From assembly GCF_009914755.1 (NCBI RefSeq), contig NC_060925.1: a DNA stretch of 64,000 nucleotides; one strand, written 5' to 3'. The notes beneath the pieces are model-generated. The model saw only the letters and a list, made by a program, of their open reading frames with translations. It was not told where the DNA came from and did not search any database. The position numbers and the translations under genes were made by a program. Below, in pieces: positions 1 to 15,835 of this stretch; position 1 is the stretch's first letter; each line of letters begins with the position of its first letter. This DNA is from the human T2T-CHM13v2.0 reference genome, Homo sapiens.

Positions 1-70
1 TAATAAAGAGGTTCCGGGATTAGTTCATCAACCCAGAGCAAAGTAAGTTCTAGTTTCTGTTTTCCTTATA

Positions 71-410
71 TAGTCGGCCTTCCATATCCATGGATTCTGC
101 ATCTGTGGATTCAACTACCCATGGATCAAAAATATTCAAAAAATAATAATTCTACAAAGTTCCAAAAAACAAAATTTGAACTTGCCGCACACCAAGTACT
201 ATGTTGAATTCATGTGAATGAAGTGATGTGTAGGCACTTCATTAGGTATTATAAGTAATCTAGAGATGATTTAGAGTATATGAGAGGATGTGTGGGGGTT
301 ATGCAAATTCTATACCATTTTATATCAGGGATTTGAGAATCTGCAGATTTTGTTATCTATCTGCAGGGAGGTCATGGAACCAATCCCCCACAGATACCAA
401 GGAACAACTG
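71..410 (-). mobile_element. MER2-family (TcMar-Tigger) non-autonomous DNA transposon
   Basis: Right end GGAACCAATCCCCCACAGATACCAAGGAACAACTG is the reverse complement of the recalled MER2 start; internal ATTAGGTATTATAAGTAATCTAGAGATGATTTA; degenerate terminal inverted repeats. Confidence 0.75.
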
Positions 411-489
411 CATTGTTTTTAAAGCTAAAAATGTTTTCAGAGTGAGTTCCATTTTGCCTACCAGATAATCAAGATCTAATATAAAGCTT

Positions 490-1470
<981 letters not shown>

Positions 1471-2498
1471 TTAAAAAGAAAAGAAAAAAATTAACTTGAA
1501 GAAAAAGATTATATCACGTGAGGATCTATTGAGTGCCTAATACATTTTCCCACTTACAGTAGAAACTTGAAAATATGATTGTTGATTACCAACAGATGAC
1601 TATCCCGAAATGTTTCATTTAAAAGGTCATTGCATGTTCAAAAGTTAAAAAACAATAATGAGTAGTTTTCTAGATTGTTCTAGAACTGACTCTAACCTTA
1701 ATGATAAAATATATTTTGTATGACTTTGAAGCCGTCCTCTCCTTCAAAGAGGCTGTGTTATCCCAGCGGCTACAAATCTCTATTAGTGTTTCACCTAAAT
1801 GGAGACAAATTTCCTGAGAGTACCGATGACACTGGTACATTTGACACAGGCACCCCAACCCAAAATAAATTTGACTATTACATATGTGTATTGATAGCCC
1901 CATAAATCAAAATCATAAGCAGAAGAAGGTATGTTATCTCTGGTTCTTCCAGAAAATTGTGACAAAAATTACCTAACTCATAATCACTTTACCCTGGCTC
2001 AGTGTCTGTGGAGTCGCTGCAGCTATGGCCACTGTGGTGTCGCAGTTAGGAGACCTCAGGGGGTAGGTAATGGGCTCTGTCATTCAATTTTTACTTTCAA
2101 AGAAAACTGGACATGTTAAAATCCACTTACCATTTACAATGTCAGTGTAATGATGCGGCTGATGTTTTCACCCTCAGGTGAATGTTGTGCTATGGCCGCA
2201 ACCTCCCTAGCCCACCTTACTGCTCATCACGTTCATCCACTTTATCTGCCTTTGGGGACAGCAGATATCTGATAACACAGCCAAACCACCTTATCATCCA
2301 GGATGTCTGAAAAATGCTATTTTAAAATGCTTCCCTTATCTCAGAGTTATAAAGAGAGATTGAATGGAGGAGAATTTCTCTTTTCTGTTTGAAAGAATAC
2401 TTACTTAACATTGACACCCTGAAGCAGCACACTTCACAGACTGGCATGTGCTGAAGCTTTCAGAGGAGAAAATTCTGTTTTCCCCACAGCAGCATGCT

Positions 2499-2540
2499 TG
2501 TGTGTGTGTGTGTGTGTGTGTACACACACATGTGTGTATG
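2499..2540. repeat. (TG)n microsatellite running into (CA)n
   Basis: (TG)11 then TACACACACATGTGTG, read directly. Confidence 0.9.
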
Positions 2541-2799
2541 TATTTCAAACTGTGAACAGAACATTGGATTCCTGGAATTCAATTAAGAAATCTTTCTGGA
2601 GGGCCAAGAGAAGAGTTTTACTTTTCCTACTTGCTGACATATAGGATCAATTTACTGTACTGATGCATAAAATAAGATGAGGCTTCTTCTTCCCCATGAG
2701 TGGAAGGACAATCCCATACCATAAAGGCAGATCATCCTCATACCACCATGAAGGCATGTCATCCTCATACCTTCATTTAATGCTTTAGTTTGATATCAG

Positions 2800-2945
2800 G
2801 CAAGTGACCTATGTCTTTGAGCTTCAGTTTTCTCAGAGAGAGATTGAAGTGAAAGATCCTGTCTTGAGCTGGAGAACAAATGAAATAGGGTATACCCACT
2901 GCTTATGGCATTGTCTGGCACTTGGTAAAAATGCCTTAAATATTA
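2800..2945 (+). mobile_element. MIR SINE fragment
   Basis: GGCAAGTGACCT...GAGCTTCAGTTTTCTC...TGGCACTTGGTAAAAATGC resembles the MIR core and 3' end. Confidence 0.55.
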
Positions 2946-3539
2946 GAAATAACCCAGATGCCTTTAACAGGAGGTTGCGTGAATGCACCACACTATAGTC
3001 ACACAATGGGATATTAGTCAGCAGTTCAAACAAATGCACAGCAGCAATGCGCAATATTGAATGGGCCCTAGCAGTCTAATATTACAAGAAAAGAGTAAGT
3101 CCTGAAAGATTACATAGAACATGACGCACTCTATAAAGTTAAAAACAACTGAAATAATCTGTCTTTTAAAGGCACACAAAGAGATGCATTAAAACTATAT
3201 AAAAGCGAAGTGAGGGAGTGATAGTTACATTGGGTTGTGGGAACACACACGCAGATGGGAACTCACATGGAGTCAGCTATGGGTGGTTGTCAAGGTCCTC
3301 ACTTTTGTTTTTTATTTTGGTTTCACAGGTGTTTATTATACTACTTTAAAAAAATAATTAACAAAATAAATAAAAGTGAGCTATGCATGAACTACTAGTA
3401 GGAGTCTGTCACAGAATGAGGGTTAGGATGAATCTACTTCCCTGAGGTCCAGTTGAAAAATGATGATCATGAAGGAAAAACTGTGTTCAGGCCAAGATTT
3501 ACCAGGAACCCACCTAGTAATTTAATTTCATTTTTGCAG

Positions 3540-4033
3540 GGGAGGAAGAACTTTACCCCAACCCTCTCAGGATTTCTGGCTGGGCCTGAGAGTTAAGTTG
3601 ACATGAGACAGATTTAACAGGAGAAAAGATATCAATTTCTACATGTACATGGGAGCCCCTATGAGAAAATGAAGACCCAAGAAGTGACAAAACCCACATA
3701 TTTGTATACTAGGTTGAACAAACAGAAACAGTTATGGAAAAGCAGCTGAAATATGTGGGGAGACTAAAGGAAGAAAGGAATTATTTTAACAAAGTCTCTT
3801 GGTACAGAATTCTCTTGGCCTTGACTCCCTGTCTCTGGTGATAAGAATGTTTCTTTCCTCCTGGTGTGGGGAGGGCATTGTTCACATGGGAGTTTCATCT
3901 CCTTCTTTCAGGAAGAAAAGAGGAGGTCAGAAGTCCCCTCCTGCACCTGCTGTTTCCAGTTGTCTTTAGCTCAAAATAGTCCTTATGCTAAAGTAAGCAT
4001 ATTTTAGGATGGCTTATTCTGCCAGGCTTCACA
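3540..4033 (-). mobile_element. Solo ERV1-type LTR (MER34/MER39-like)
   Basis: Right end CTTTAGCTCAAAATAGTCCTTATGCTAAAGTAAGCATATTTTAGGATGGCTTATTCTG is the reverse complement of the recalled MER34-like LTR start; about 500 bp. Confidence 0.55.
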
Positions 4034-5814
4034 GGTGAGGTATTAGGGAATTAGGACTTTGCCTTCTCATACTTTGGGGCTTAGCTTTTTATCATTTGCA
4101 GATTTTATTTTTTTAAGACACCAAAAGCGAAAGCCCCATATCTTTTAGCTCTAAAGCCCATTTTGCCCACCATTCATTAATTTGTTTACTTTGCATTAAG
4201 ATGCCATTGTATTGTCATCCCTAGTCCCATGAAGCTGAGAAGTCTCAGGAAGAAGAGTGTTTGAGGGTGCAGAGTTAATTCACAAGAGCTTTGCCAGCGC
4301 TGACCAAGGGCACAGGGAGTGCTCCAGTGCTGCATTGAGTTTTCCAAGGTTGTTTTAGTTACGAGAGAGAAATAGGAATTACTAAAATTATTGAGCCTTA
4401 TTGGTTAAGTCAGGTACCAATGTGCAGGCTTTTGTAAGTGAATGCTAGTGAATCTTTTGTAAGTGAATCTTAGAATCAATTATTCATCCTTTATGAACTT
4501 AAGTCATAAACAATTCAGTGATCCTTTTCTAATATCTTGAAAAAAGAAAAGCCAGTGAGCTTTTCCTCCTCATCTCCCCCACTCACAATCATCAAATTGT
4601 GCATCAGAAAGGATTTTAGAATCAAGTCTTTATGCAGGAACTGTTTTCTACAGTGCAGTTTGTACTCTTGAAGGTAAACACATATTCATGGTGCTGTGTG
4701 GATAAGTTTCTTTCACATGGGAAGAGGGGACCCATGTTTATCTAGACAGGAATCAGTTGATATGGGGAAATTTTTATTTCATCAGAATAAAAATTCTGTC
4801 CCTGCCCCATTGAAGAGATTTCTCTTCTTCTCCCTGAAACAATCCAATGGAGAACAGCAGAGTAGGCCTCATGCTTTCGGATGACACCATATCTGAGACG
4901 ATGCACAGGTGACCCGTGTGGGCATTTGCTCCCCCGGCAATGTCTGACACACTTCCAGTGACAATGCAGGTTATCTGGAGGAGCCTGTCTGGTGCATCAA
5001 GCTTCCTTCCATTCAGTCTTTCCTAACACAACCCATGCACCGTACTTCAAGATGTCAAGAGAGTGACTCAGTCTGGTGTGTGACTCTTCTTCGTGGGTTA
5101 TGAAATGTGGCAAAGGCAGGCAGGCATGTTCTAATGTTCTTAGACAAAGAAAAAGCAGGCAGCATTTCTATATTATGGGACAACACAAAACTGAAATCGC
5201 TGAGAGTTTTGTGGTTGCTTTCCTACATAAGCATCCCGAGGTCCTTAGCCACCACTTTTGGTCTCAAGCTCCTGATAGGGATCCCGACCCTGTGATAAGT
5301 GCATTCTTGATCGCAGAGGTTGCAGATACATTTGCAGAGTTACTTTTGTTTAAAAATGCCCCCTCTTGTCCCTCTCATGTGCATGTGTATGAGTACTGAC
5401 CAAACGTTGCAGTTTTCATGTTGTGGTATTTAAATAAAGGAGCTAATGGAAGTTAGTGACAATCATAGACAGTAGAAGGGACATCAGTGACCAGCCCTGG
5501 TTTTATAGATGAGGACTCAGGCCCTGCACATCACCCCTGCTGACAAACTCTGCTGCTTCAGCAAGGGGTCATGAATCACATGAACTTAAATAGGGGGACT
5601 CTGTCAATTAATTAAGAAATATTTTTGGCCCTCCTGCTATATTCAAGGCAATATAATGCTAAAACCTCCAACCAGAGAGTTTCCACAATGAACGTCAAAT
5701 CCTAAAAATGCCGTTTTTTATGAGGTCCCTGGAATATTTTCTAGGGCAACATTTCTGGGGCAACATATACATACGGTTATCTATCCAGTTACCTATATTA
5801 AGAGAAAGAGATCT

Positions 5815-6160
<346 letters not shown>

Positions 6161-7627
6161 CTATTATAAGAATATGAAATTTAGAAAGATTTGCATCCAA
6201 CGTGGCTCAAATAAAAAATGTTTTGGTGCTTGAGACGGTGAAAACATAAGGAACCTGGGAAAACTCAGCTATGCAAACTGGCTTTTCTGCCCAGGATCCT
6301 ACAGAGAGGAGACAGTTTAATGTACTCTCATCATCCCAGATTCTGTTCTGCCTTTCAAACCTGCAATAAGAGAGGGCGTGTTTCCCAAACAAAACGTTTA
6401 CCTTATTTGAATGATCAGATAAAGGGCAGTAAAATTACGTGATATATGTGAAAGTGCTTTGTAAACCATGACAATTGATTAATGGAATCAGATATGTACA
6501 TTGTTTTCCTTTGATAACCGAGTTAATGTCATTGCTCACAGATTTTAATGTTGCTTTTATACAGAGGGGACCCCCTCTGAGCCTCAGGCCCCACTGTCTG
6601 TCACAGGAGGCCTGGAGGGTTTCAGGTCACTTGTGCCCCTCCTTGTGGCCCCTAAAGGATAAGGCATGATGGTAAAGGGTACATTTCACCACACTTGGAT
6701 ATGAAGGGAAGAAGCCATTCCAGAGCCCACCCCCAGCCCCCTCCTTCAGACAGGACAACCAGTAGGCACTGATAGTAACTAAAGGAAACTCTGTGTGATA
6801 ACGTGTCTTATCCAGCATCCTTCACCTCCTTGAAACACCCACAGCTATCTGCTAGGTAGAAGCAACCGTCATTAAGACCATGGCCCATTAAGACTAAGTC
6901 CTATACTGCCCCATGCTCTTCCCATATGTAATTCATCCCTGCTGTCCTTACCATCTTATTTTGTCCCCACCAGCCTTGTCAGCCGTCTCACTAAGAAGGC
7001 TGTTAAAAGTCACAGGACAGGAAACACAGAGCAAGTGCTGCTCAGACATGCGTCCTCCCACGTTCCAGTGGAATTGTGTTTTCAGAGGTGTATCTGCTGC
7101 CACCAGTGCAGAAAGTGCTCAGTAGTAATATCAGGTCATCTGTATGTCCTCAGCTTGTTTGCCACCGGCCCACACCCATAGTCAGCTGGAGATCATGCTG
7201 ATACTGATAACCTTTGTAAAATATATATTTCAATACAATAACTAGGATACATTTTCTTTTTTATTTTTTTCAATACACTGTTGAAATATGCCTTATGCTG
7301 CTTGCTCATGCTTTTTTTTTAAATCACAAATGTGTATCTGAAGAAACAATTTGGCATTCAGCTCCTAGTAACATTACTATAAATAGCATCTGTACATTGA
7401 AAGGAAATTGTCTTCCTTTAAGTCATAGGCACTGATAGACAATTATGAAACACATTTGCAGGATTACTGTACTGTTTATCCTTAATGTAACTTCAGAGTA
7501 TTTCAGTGGAAAAGTCTGCAATAAATAAATGTCTTCCCCAAAGTTTGGGGACTCTGCATTTTTCCTTTGAGGGGACCAGGTTTAGCAAAGCACTAAAATA
7601 TGCACTTAACTACCCTTTGTTTTTCAG

Positions 7628-7688
7628 CATGCACATCTCTGAAAGCCAACAAGAATTCTTCAGAATGCTGGATGAAAAAATTGAAAAG
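7628..7688 (+). CDS. C1orf21: C1orf21 penultimate coding exon (61 nt; last base of a split codon, then MHISESQQEFFRMLDEKIEK)
   Basis: Branch-like CTTAAC at 7605-7610, acceptor CCCTTTGTTTTTCAG, donor AAG|GTAAGA; peptide matches the recalled C1orf21 (DUF4612) C-terminal region; joins 28745 in phase 0. Confidence 0.93.
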
Positions 7689-8988
7689 GTAAGAAGTGAA
7701 ATAAATAACCTACATGTTTCAAGGGAAGTATAGTAATGGCTTCATATGTGAGGGCAATAACATTCTTGTTTCTATGTCATAAAGCTATTTTTGTGAAGGT
7801 TTGGGTGGAGAGTTAAATAAAAGTCACCGCCCTTCCAAAATAAAGTGCATGTGAGAATGTTTAAGGTATAATAGACACTCCCAGGACCCAGGACTGTCCT
7901 TGCCTATTAAAGTATGTGAAGTCAGTTGGAAAGCAATAAGCAGTCTTTTTTTCTAGACCGAGCATTCTGACCACTGCATGTCATTTTGCACCCAGTACCC
8001 TGCACTAACCTCCGACTGCAAGGGGGCCCATAGTACCTGCTGAAACCTATCGAGGGCCTATGCATGGCACTGATCTGAGTTCTTTGCAAGCATGTTATAC
8101 CTAATTCAATTTATACTTAGGAAAATGGCATTGAGACAGATATTATCTACATTTTACAGAAGGAAACAGGCTCAGAATGCTTGAGTAATTTACCCAGATT
8201 TGCAAGGCTAATAGTGGACAAGTTGGAATTCCAGCCCAGGTCTGTCTGACTCCAAAGCAGTGTCTCCAAGTTGCTTCTCTGGTAGTGTGTGGGGATTTAT
8301 ACTGACAGTAAGATACAAAGTCGATCTGTCATAATTAAGAGTTTACATACTTACAGAATTTAAATTCATCTCTTCAAAGGGGTGAATCTTAAATGGTAAA
8401 GATACAAATCCGAGTATTATAATTTTTTTATTCTAAAGAAGAGTGAACTTCTAAGTTCAGAACATATCACACTATGGTTAAGGTGTGACAGGCTGATTTT
8501 TACCTTTGAAATCTTTCTGTTTTAATTTGTATTTGTTTTTTACTTTGTGTTGTCCTTTTATTTTAGTATTTATTTATGAATTTCTAAGCTATGATGTATA
8601 TCACTCAACAGAAGATAATGAAGAAGGTCTTAAATTCATTAGTATTATTTAGCAGCAGATCCCACTTTGACATGGACCCTCTGAGAGAATAATTGTATCA
8701 TCTTCTAAGCCACCATTAAAAGACCAGCAAAGGTCACCAATGCGAAAAATAGAGATGGATAATGAATTAAAATGAGAGTTAAATCTATAATGTTCCCTGG
8801 ATGTAAATAAATAAATACTTGTTAAAGTATAATAATTTTTTTTTATTTTCAGTGGAATTGTGGCTTATGAATGACTTTTTAAGTTGGAAACTTCATCCAG
8901 GAACAGTTGCCAAGTTTCACATATTGGTTCAAAAGCTGTTCAATTTGTCAGTAACCTTTTTTAGTAAAGAGAAGCATAAAAAGAAATA

Positions 8989-9196
8989 CAGGTTAAGTAT
9001 CCCTAAATCGAAATCCAAAATGCTCCAAAATCTGTAACTTTTTGAGTGCAGACATGATGCTCGAGCATTTTCAATTTCTGGACTAGGGTTGTTCAACCAG
9101 TAAGTATATATAACACAGATATTCCAAAATTCGGAAACGTTTGAACTTCAAAACACTTCTGGCCGCAGGCATTTCAGATAAGGAATACTCAACCTG
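8989..9196. mobile_element. MER46-like (TcMar-Tigger) MITE
   Basis: TIRs CAGGTTAAGTATCCCT / AGGAATACTCAACCTG, each flanked by a TA target duplication. Confidence 0.8.
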
Positions 9197-9376
9197 TATT
9201 TTCTTCCCACTGAAACGATGAAGATCTTTTCTTCCTTTCTTTATTTGGACTTCCCCCCACTAGCTTTTTGGCAAGAAAAAGATTTGCGTAGTAGTTAGGG
9301 GTAGATGGTAAAACTTGAAACCTGAATTTTAAGTTATCTTTTTAAACAACACTTACAAACACTTAAAATGATATAA

Positions 9377-9694
<318 letters not shown>

Positions 9695-9788
9695 CAGTGT
9701 GTTTTGGTAATTGAAATTCTAACTCTTTTTACTCAGAATTGAAGTTCATTGCTCCCACCTGAAATCTGAGATCCCCTTTTGCTTTTGC

Positions 9789-9853
9789 ATCCAGAATGTA
9801 GAGTACAACAAAATAAAGAGTAATCCAGAATGTAGAGTAAAACAAAAATAAAG
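9789..9853. repeat. Tandem duplication, period 34
   Basis: ATCCAGAATGTAGAGTA(C/A)AACAAAA(A)TAAAG at 9789 and 9823. Confidence 0.85.
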
Positions 9854-10848
9854 TTTATAACTTGATCATTCGTTGGATGGAAGCTTCCCTGGACAAAAGA
9901 GCATTGGTAGATTCAACATAAACACTGTTTCCACTATTGAATACATTTACATTGGAAGAAGAGCTCCTATATCAGCCATGACAGGTACCCAGCTGTAGAT
10001 TCTTACAGGCAATTTTCTCTCCTCTCTGAGCCATGCTTTCCTGCCTCTCCTCTCTTAAAGCTCATCCTTCCAAATATTTTGAATATGCTATCTTATGTGT
10101 CGTTTAAACATTAAGCCTCCAAAAATTAAAATGCTCCTCCTTAATATATGTGTTTGCTTAATGTAGTCTGCCATCGTTTATATAACCAAAATTGAAAGCT
10201 GGATTCTTCCAAATTTCTTCCAAATTGTTTTCCTGGTCATTTACCATTGCTAAATATTTATTTGGTCCAGGCTAGCATGAGGACAACCATAAATGCAAGT
10301 CAAATCTATTTAGATTTTACAGAGTTGGTTAAAAACAAAAAGAAGATTAAACTCACCTAGAGCTTCATGTTGAGAGATTTGAGTCATGCTGAGAGACCTT
10401 GAGTTTTAAGATTTCATCTCTCCCAGAAGTGACTAGTAATTCTTTTTTTCTCCCTTAAATTAATAAGAAGCAAAACTGACTAAACCTATGGAGATGTAAA
10501 TGTGCCCTTCCTTGATGCAGCCTTTGCATTTATTGGATGTCTTTAGGGCATGGCTTGAATTTACCTTCTAACCTAATTTGTTATTGGATACCAAAAAACA
10601 AATTTCTGCTCTATCTCCCTCAAAATAGATGTAAAAGCACCATTAGTATACAGAAACCAGGACTGAAAGGTGGTTTCATATCTATAGTAAAACTTAATTT
10701 GCACATTTTGGACTACTCTAATTCAGAGATTGTCACAGTGCAGAGCTGCTGTTTACCTTTGCACCACAGCTGAACAAGTGGTTTTCTAAGAAGTTATGGT
10801 GATCAATAAAAAGCAGGTAGCAGAAATGCAATTTAAAAAAATGATTCA

Positions 10849-11174
<326 letters not shown>

Positions 11175-12739
11175 CTACACTAAGCATTATGCTAGTTACT
11201 GAGGATACAAAATTAGATAGGAATTATAGAGTACAATATAAATAAATAGTAAACAGTCCATTGCTTTGACAAGTTCAATTTTAAAAGTGAATTTTAAAAA
11301 AATCTAATTATTTTTCTGATCAAGGAGTACTTCACCCATCACCACCACCACCATCCTCACCCTCACCCTGCTATTGTCACTGAGAGTGAGGTTCTCCTCC
11401 GTGGAACACAACTATTTGCCTTCTAAGCTGGTTCAGGGGTTGGAACTTCAGGTCCTTTAACCAGGGATTTGGGACTTGGTACCATTTCACATGCTGGTGG
11501 TGGGAGGCCACAACACTCTGCTGCGACCGGAGATGACCAAGAGAGACAGATTGTCAGGAGAGCAGTGAAAGTTCAAAGAAGCTTGTAATCTGATTTACTT
11601 TTGCTTTTCCTTTTGGAGAGTAAAAACACTGTGAACCAGTGGGAGCCACCTAATTTCTGTTCACCTCATTATTTTTTACTCTGCTATCTAACCATCGTTA
11701 TTCCACTGGAATCTATAGTTACTATTGTAACTCATGATTCACAGGCTCCTAGAATCTTTTTTGAAGTGTTAGCATTTGCCTAACTTTGCAGCTTTAAGAA
11801 AATGACAGTTTTCTGTGGAGCAAAATAGTGATTTTAAACTTCATTTTTTCACTGTACCTAGAGAGGGAAGACAGTATCTAGATTAAAGTAGCCTGTGGAG
11901 GAGTTTCTGAATATAGCACCAAATACAGATGACATCAGATGTTAAGATATGCTTTCCACTATACATTCCAGTTTGTTTGTAAAAAGCAGAAAAAATAAAT
12001 AAATTTTTTAGGTATCTGCAATAATAGTATCTTCTACAGGCAAAACAGGGATTTACATTTTGCTTTATGAAGATGTAAGACCCTAGCTGATGACCAGGGA
12101 GTCCTTGGCTTCCTCAAAGAGGATCCTGAATATTAAATAAAGAGTATCTTAGTACAATGTCACTTGCACCTGATTACTGTTTCTGATGAAAGGCTTCTTA
12201 AACTTTGTTGGGCCTTGTACATCTTTTTGGAGTCTTACAAAAGTTACAAAGACTCTCCCTATGAAAATGCACAAATCATATACACAAAACTTTTAAGTAT
12301 AATTTCTGGGTTTTAAGACTCCATGGAGCCTGGCCATGGGCCCCAGGCAAAGAAACTTTGGATTTCTTTCTTATGTATTTTGCTGGTGTGCTTCCGTCAG
12401 ATCCAGGGCCCAGCTGCAGTCATGAGCATGCATGAGCCTAGCTGGCGACCCTATCCATAGATAGTTGTGACTTTAAAGAGGATTAGGGAATTGAGTGCAG
12501 ATGACACCATGCAAACTCATTCTTCTTCCTTTCTTATATCCCCTCCTTCCTGTCTGTAAAAATAGTTCACAGTCTCCTGAGGGAGAGCCATGAGCATGCC
12601 TAGTGCATCTCACATATTCCTGTGTGATCTTGAGATTCTGGCTCTGTTGATTGACATTATTCAATGTGACATTTCAGAAAAACTCTGAGAAAGAGCAGTA
12701 TGTGGACTTAAATCAGCTGATTTTAAAAGATGTTTGTTT

Positions 12740-13045
12740 GGCTGGGTGCAGTGGCTCACGCCTATAATCCCAACACTTTGGGAGGCCGAGGCTGGTGGAT
12801 CACCTGAGGTCAGGAGTTCAAGGCCAGCCTAGCCAACATGGTGAAACCCTGTCTATACTAAAAATACAAAAATTAGCCAGGCCTGATAGTGCACGCCTAT
12901 AATCCCAGCTACTCGGGAGGCTGAGGCATGAGAATCGCTTGGACCTGGGAAGTGGAGGTTACAGTTGAGCAGAGACCACGCCACTGCCCTCCAGCCTGGG
13001 CGACAGAGCAAGACTCCGTGTCAAAAAAGTAAATAAAAATAAATA
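12740..13045 (+). mobile_element. AluS SINE
   Basis: Full dimer; TSD AAAAGAT(G/A)TTTGTTT. Confidence 0.95.
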
Positions 13046-14559
13046 AAAGATATTTGTTTGTCTGTAGACCTCTACATCTATTGAACAGTCATTTACACTT
13101 ACAAAATGTTGGAGTTCTTGAAGTGGCATTATTTCCATGGCCTCAGAACTAACGTGGTTGGTGAAAAAGGTCATGGTAAATCTGCATTCGTAAATTTTTT
13201 TCAAGAATTGTCTACTGACAGTACATCAGATTAGTCTGATCCATGTTATGAGTCGGTGTGTCAGAGATCAGAAGACGTTTGCTTTTCATCCAGTGAAGAG
13301 AGTGACTTGCACATAGTTGTGAACTATGATGTTGGGTTCTACGTGTAAACGATTTCTGTAGTCTATTAAACCTCAGAGTTGTTACAGAACCAAATATAAT
13401 TGTTTGGCAGATGTGGTGGATATGATGATGGGTTTTATTTTTTTAACTGTGTGTGTAAAGACCTGCTTAGTGCCCACCAATGATAAGAAAACCTGGGACT
13501 GTCACGTCAAAACCTAAACAATGTAACATGACCTGCCCCACGTGTGCAGAGAAAGTCATGGTGTGTTCCTCCCACCCAGCAGGTTGTCACTTTCAGTAGC
13601 AACCAAAGCCTTCAGCACTGGCAGAGAGATACTCTTGCTGGCATATGTAGTTTAGCAGTGGGCAGGGCTGCCATCGTCATTCCATGAAACAATTTCTTGC
13701 TCCATGGTAAACATATTTTAACCAAGTTGCTTTGCTCATAACCAAGTCTGTTTTTGTCTCCTCTCCCTTCATCACCTTGCCTTGCCATCTCTCTCCTCTG
13801 AGTGTACCTTTCCTCATTCTTCAGCCAAATTAGAGCTATAATTACAACAGGCAAGGATGTGACTCAGTCTGTTTTGGTTTTATCTCTACTGCATAGTTTT
13901 ATGCAAATGACTTCTTAATTGTCATGATGATGACACTGGTGTAGGAACCACTGGTGAAGTGTGTGCATACTCTGGGCTTTAGGATCCTGCATGCCCATCC
14001 AGCTAACAGTAGTAGATGAGTCTGTCAAGGAAAATGAGTCAGGCAACAAGCTGAAAAGAAATGCAACACACTTTCTTTTTTCTGGAGGGCTTGATTTTCA
14101 GAAAATTCTTGAGGATCTATCAGCCTGGCTCTTTAGGGAGCAAGAAGAAAAGGAGAGTTCAGTTTCTAATGCAACATAGTCATGAGTCCAAATAAAAACC
14201 ACGCCATTTCTGTGCATCAGGTGTGGCCAACAACACTCTGAACTCAATAGCAGTGTGAGGCACAATCAGTGAATGGTATCATTTTGCCATGGATGCAAGT
14301 ATTTGGACAAGGAAAGAAACCCAAGGTACAACTGAGAGTAACAGGAATGTTGGTGTGTCTCATTCCCTTGACTAGTTCTCATTCAGCTTCTCCTTGCCCT
14401 CTCTTCAGCTATCCTTTTCTCTTCCTTCCCATTACCTTTCCATTCATTAGGTTTGGCAGTCATGGATGTTGCTTCAGCCCTGCAGAGAACACGCAGGGAG
14501 AGAAGGGTCCCACTCTTGGTAACTACTGCATTGTTATTTACGAACATCTAAAAGGACTC

Positions 14560-14680
14560 ACTTTAGACTGACAGCTCCCTAAGGATAAGAATTGGGTCTC
14601 ATTTGTCTTTGTTTCCTCAGAACCTAGCACAGGGCTTGGGACAAAACAGATGCTTAAGAAACTTGTTGAATGAGTGAATG
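14560..14680 (+). mobile_element. L2 3' end fragment
   Basis: AGCTCCCTAAGG...CCTAGCACAGGGCTTGG...TTGTTGAATGAGTGAATG terminus. Confidence 0.65.
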
Positions 14681-14834
14681 GTGCAGATAAGAACACTGGG
14701 CTTCAAATGGAGACAGAAGCATACAAAGGCAGGAAATGTTACCTGGAAGACTCCTAGAGTAGACATCTCTACTTGGAGCAGCGTAGCAGGTATAGAGCAA
14801 GCACAGTGCCAGATAATTGGATTGATAGAGGCCA

Positions 14835-15070
14835 AGGGAAGGAGGCAGCATGGTGCAAGAGAAAGAGCCCATGCTTCAAACCTGGGCCAAAGCCAAGGAT
14901 TGGCTCTGGCAGCAGCTGTGTGACCCCAGGTTAAGTTAAACTCTCTGATTCTCAGTTTTCTCACCAATAAAATTTGAGAAATAATACTAACTGGTCTGGG
15001 ATATTGAAGAAAATACACAGAGTCTCCAGTAGTGTTTGCTGTGTTGTATGTGCTCTGTAATTGGTAGCCT
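14835..15070 (+). mobile_element. MIR SINE
   Basis: GGCAGCATGGTG...AGCTGTGTGACC...TCTCTGATTCTCAGTTTTCTCA core. Confidence 0.7.
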
Positions 15071-15520
15071 TCATTTTGGTTGAAGTCGCCTGTGTTTGTA
15101 CCATCAAGGCCATTTATACAGGAAGGATTTGGGATGGGCTTGTTGGGGGTGGTGCTAAACCGAACCTGAAAATGCAGAACTTAGAAACTTGGATCCTGCG
15201 TGAGCAAGTGCCTTCCTACGGTACAAATATCTCCTTGTAGAAAGAGTAGTAGAATCGCACAGTTTCCAGTGTATTCATCCACCTCCCTCCTATGTGGTGT
15301 AATAAACATGTTCAGGAGTTAGATTCTTGTGAACACTTACAGAGCCATTAAATAACCTGTGCTAACTTTCGAGCTGTGATTACAGAATGAGTCAGTGAGT
15401 CAGTGGCATGGATACAGCTACAGCTGAATCCCTATATATTTTTTTCTGTTTGGAAGTTTTACTCTTAATTGTTGTGTCTCATTTGAAAGGCTTTTATAAG
15501 CCTTTTAAAAGATATTCATT

Positions 15521-15835
<315 letters not shown>

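Noticed and set aside
1670-2119. Unique-looking sequence with short ORFs as a possible exon or processed pseudogene
   Set aside because: Peptides match neither recalled C1orf21 nor any protein I recognise; no poly(A) or TSD hallmarks.
7506-7733. 75-aa ORF as a standalone gene
   Set aside because: Only 7628-7688 is bounded by splice sites; the flanks are intronic.
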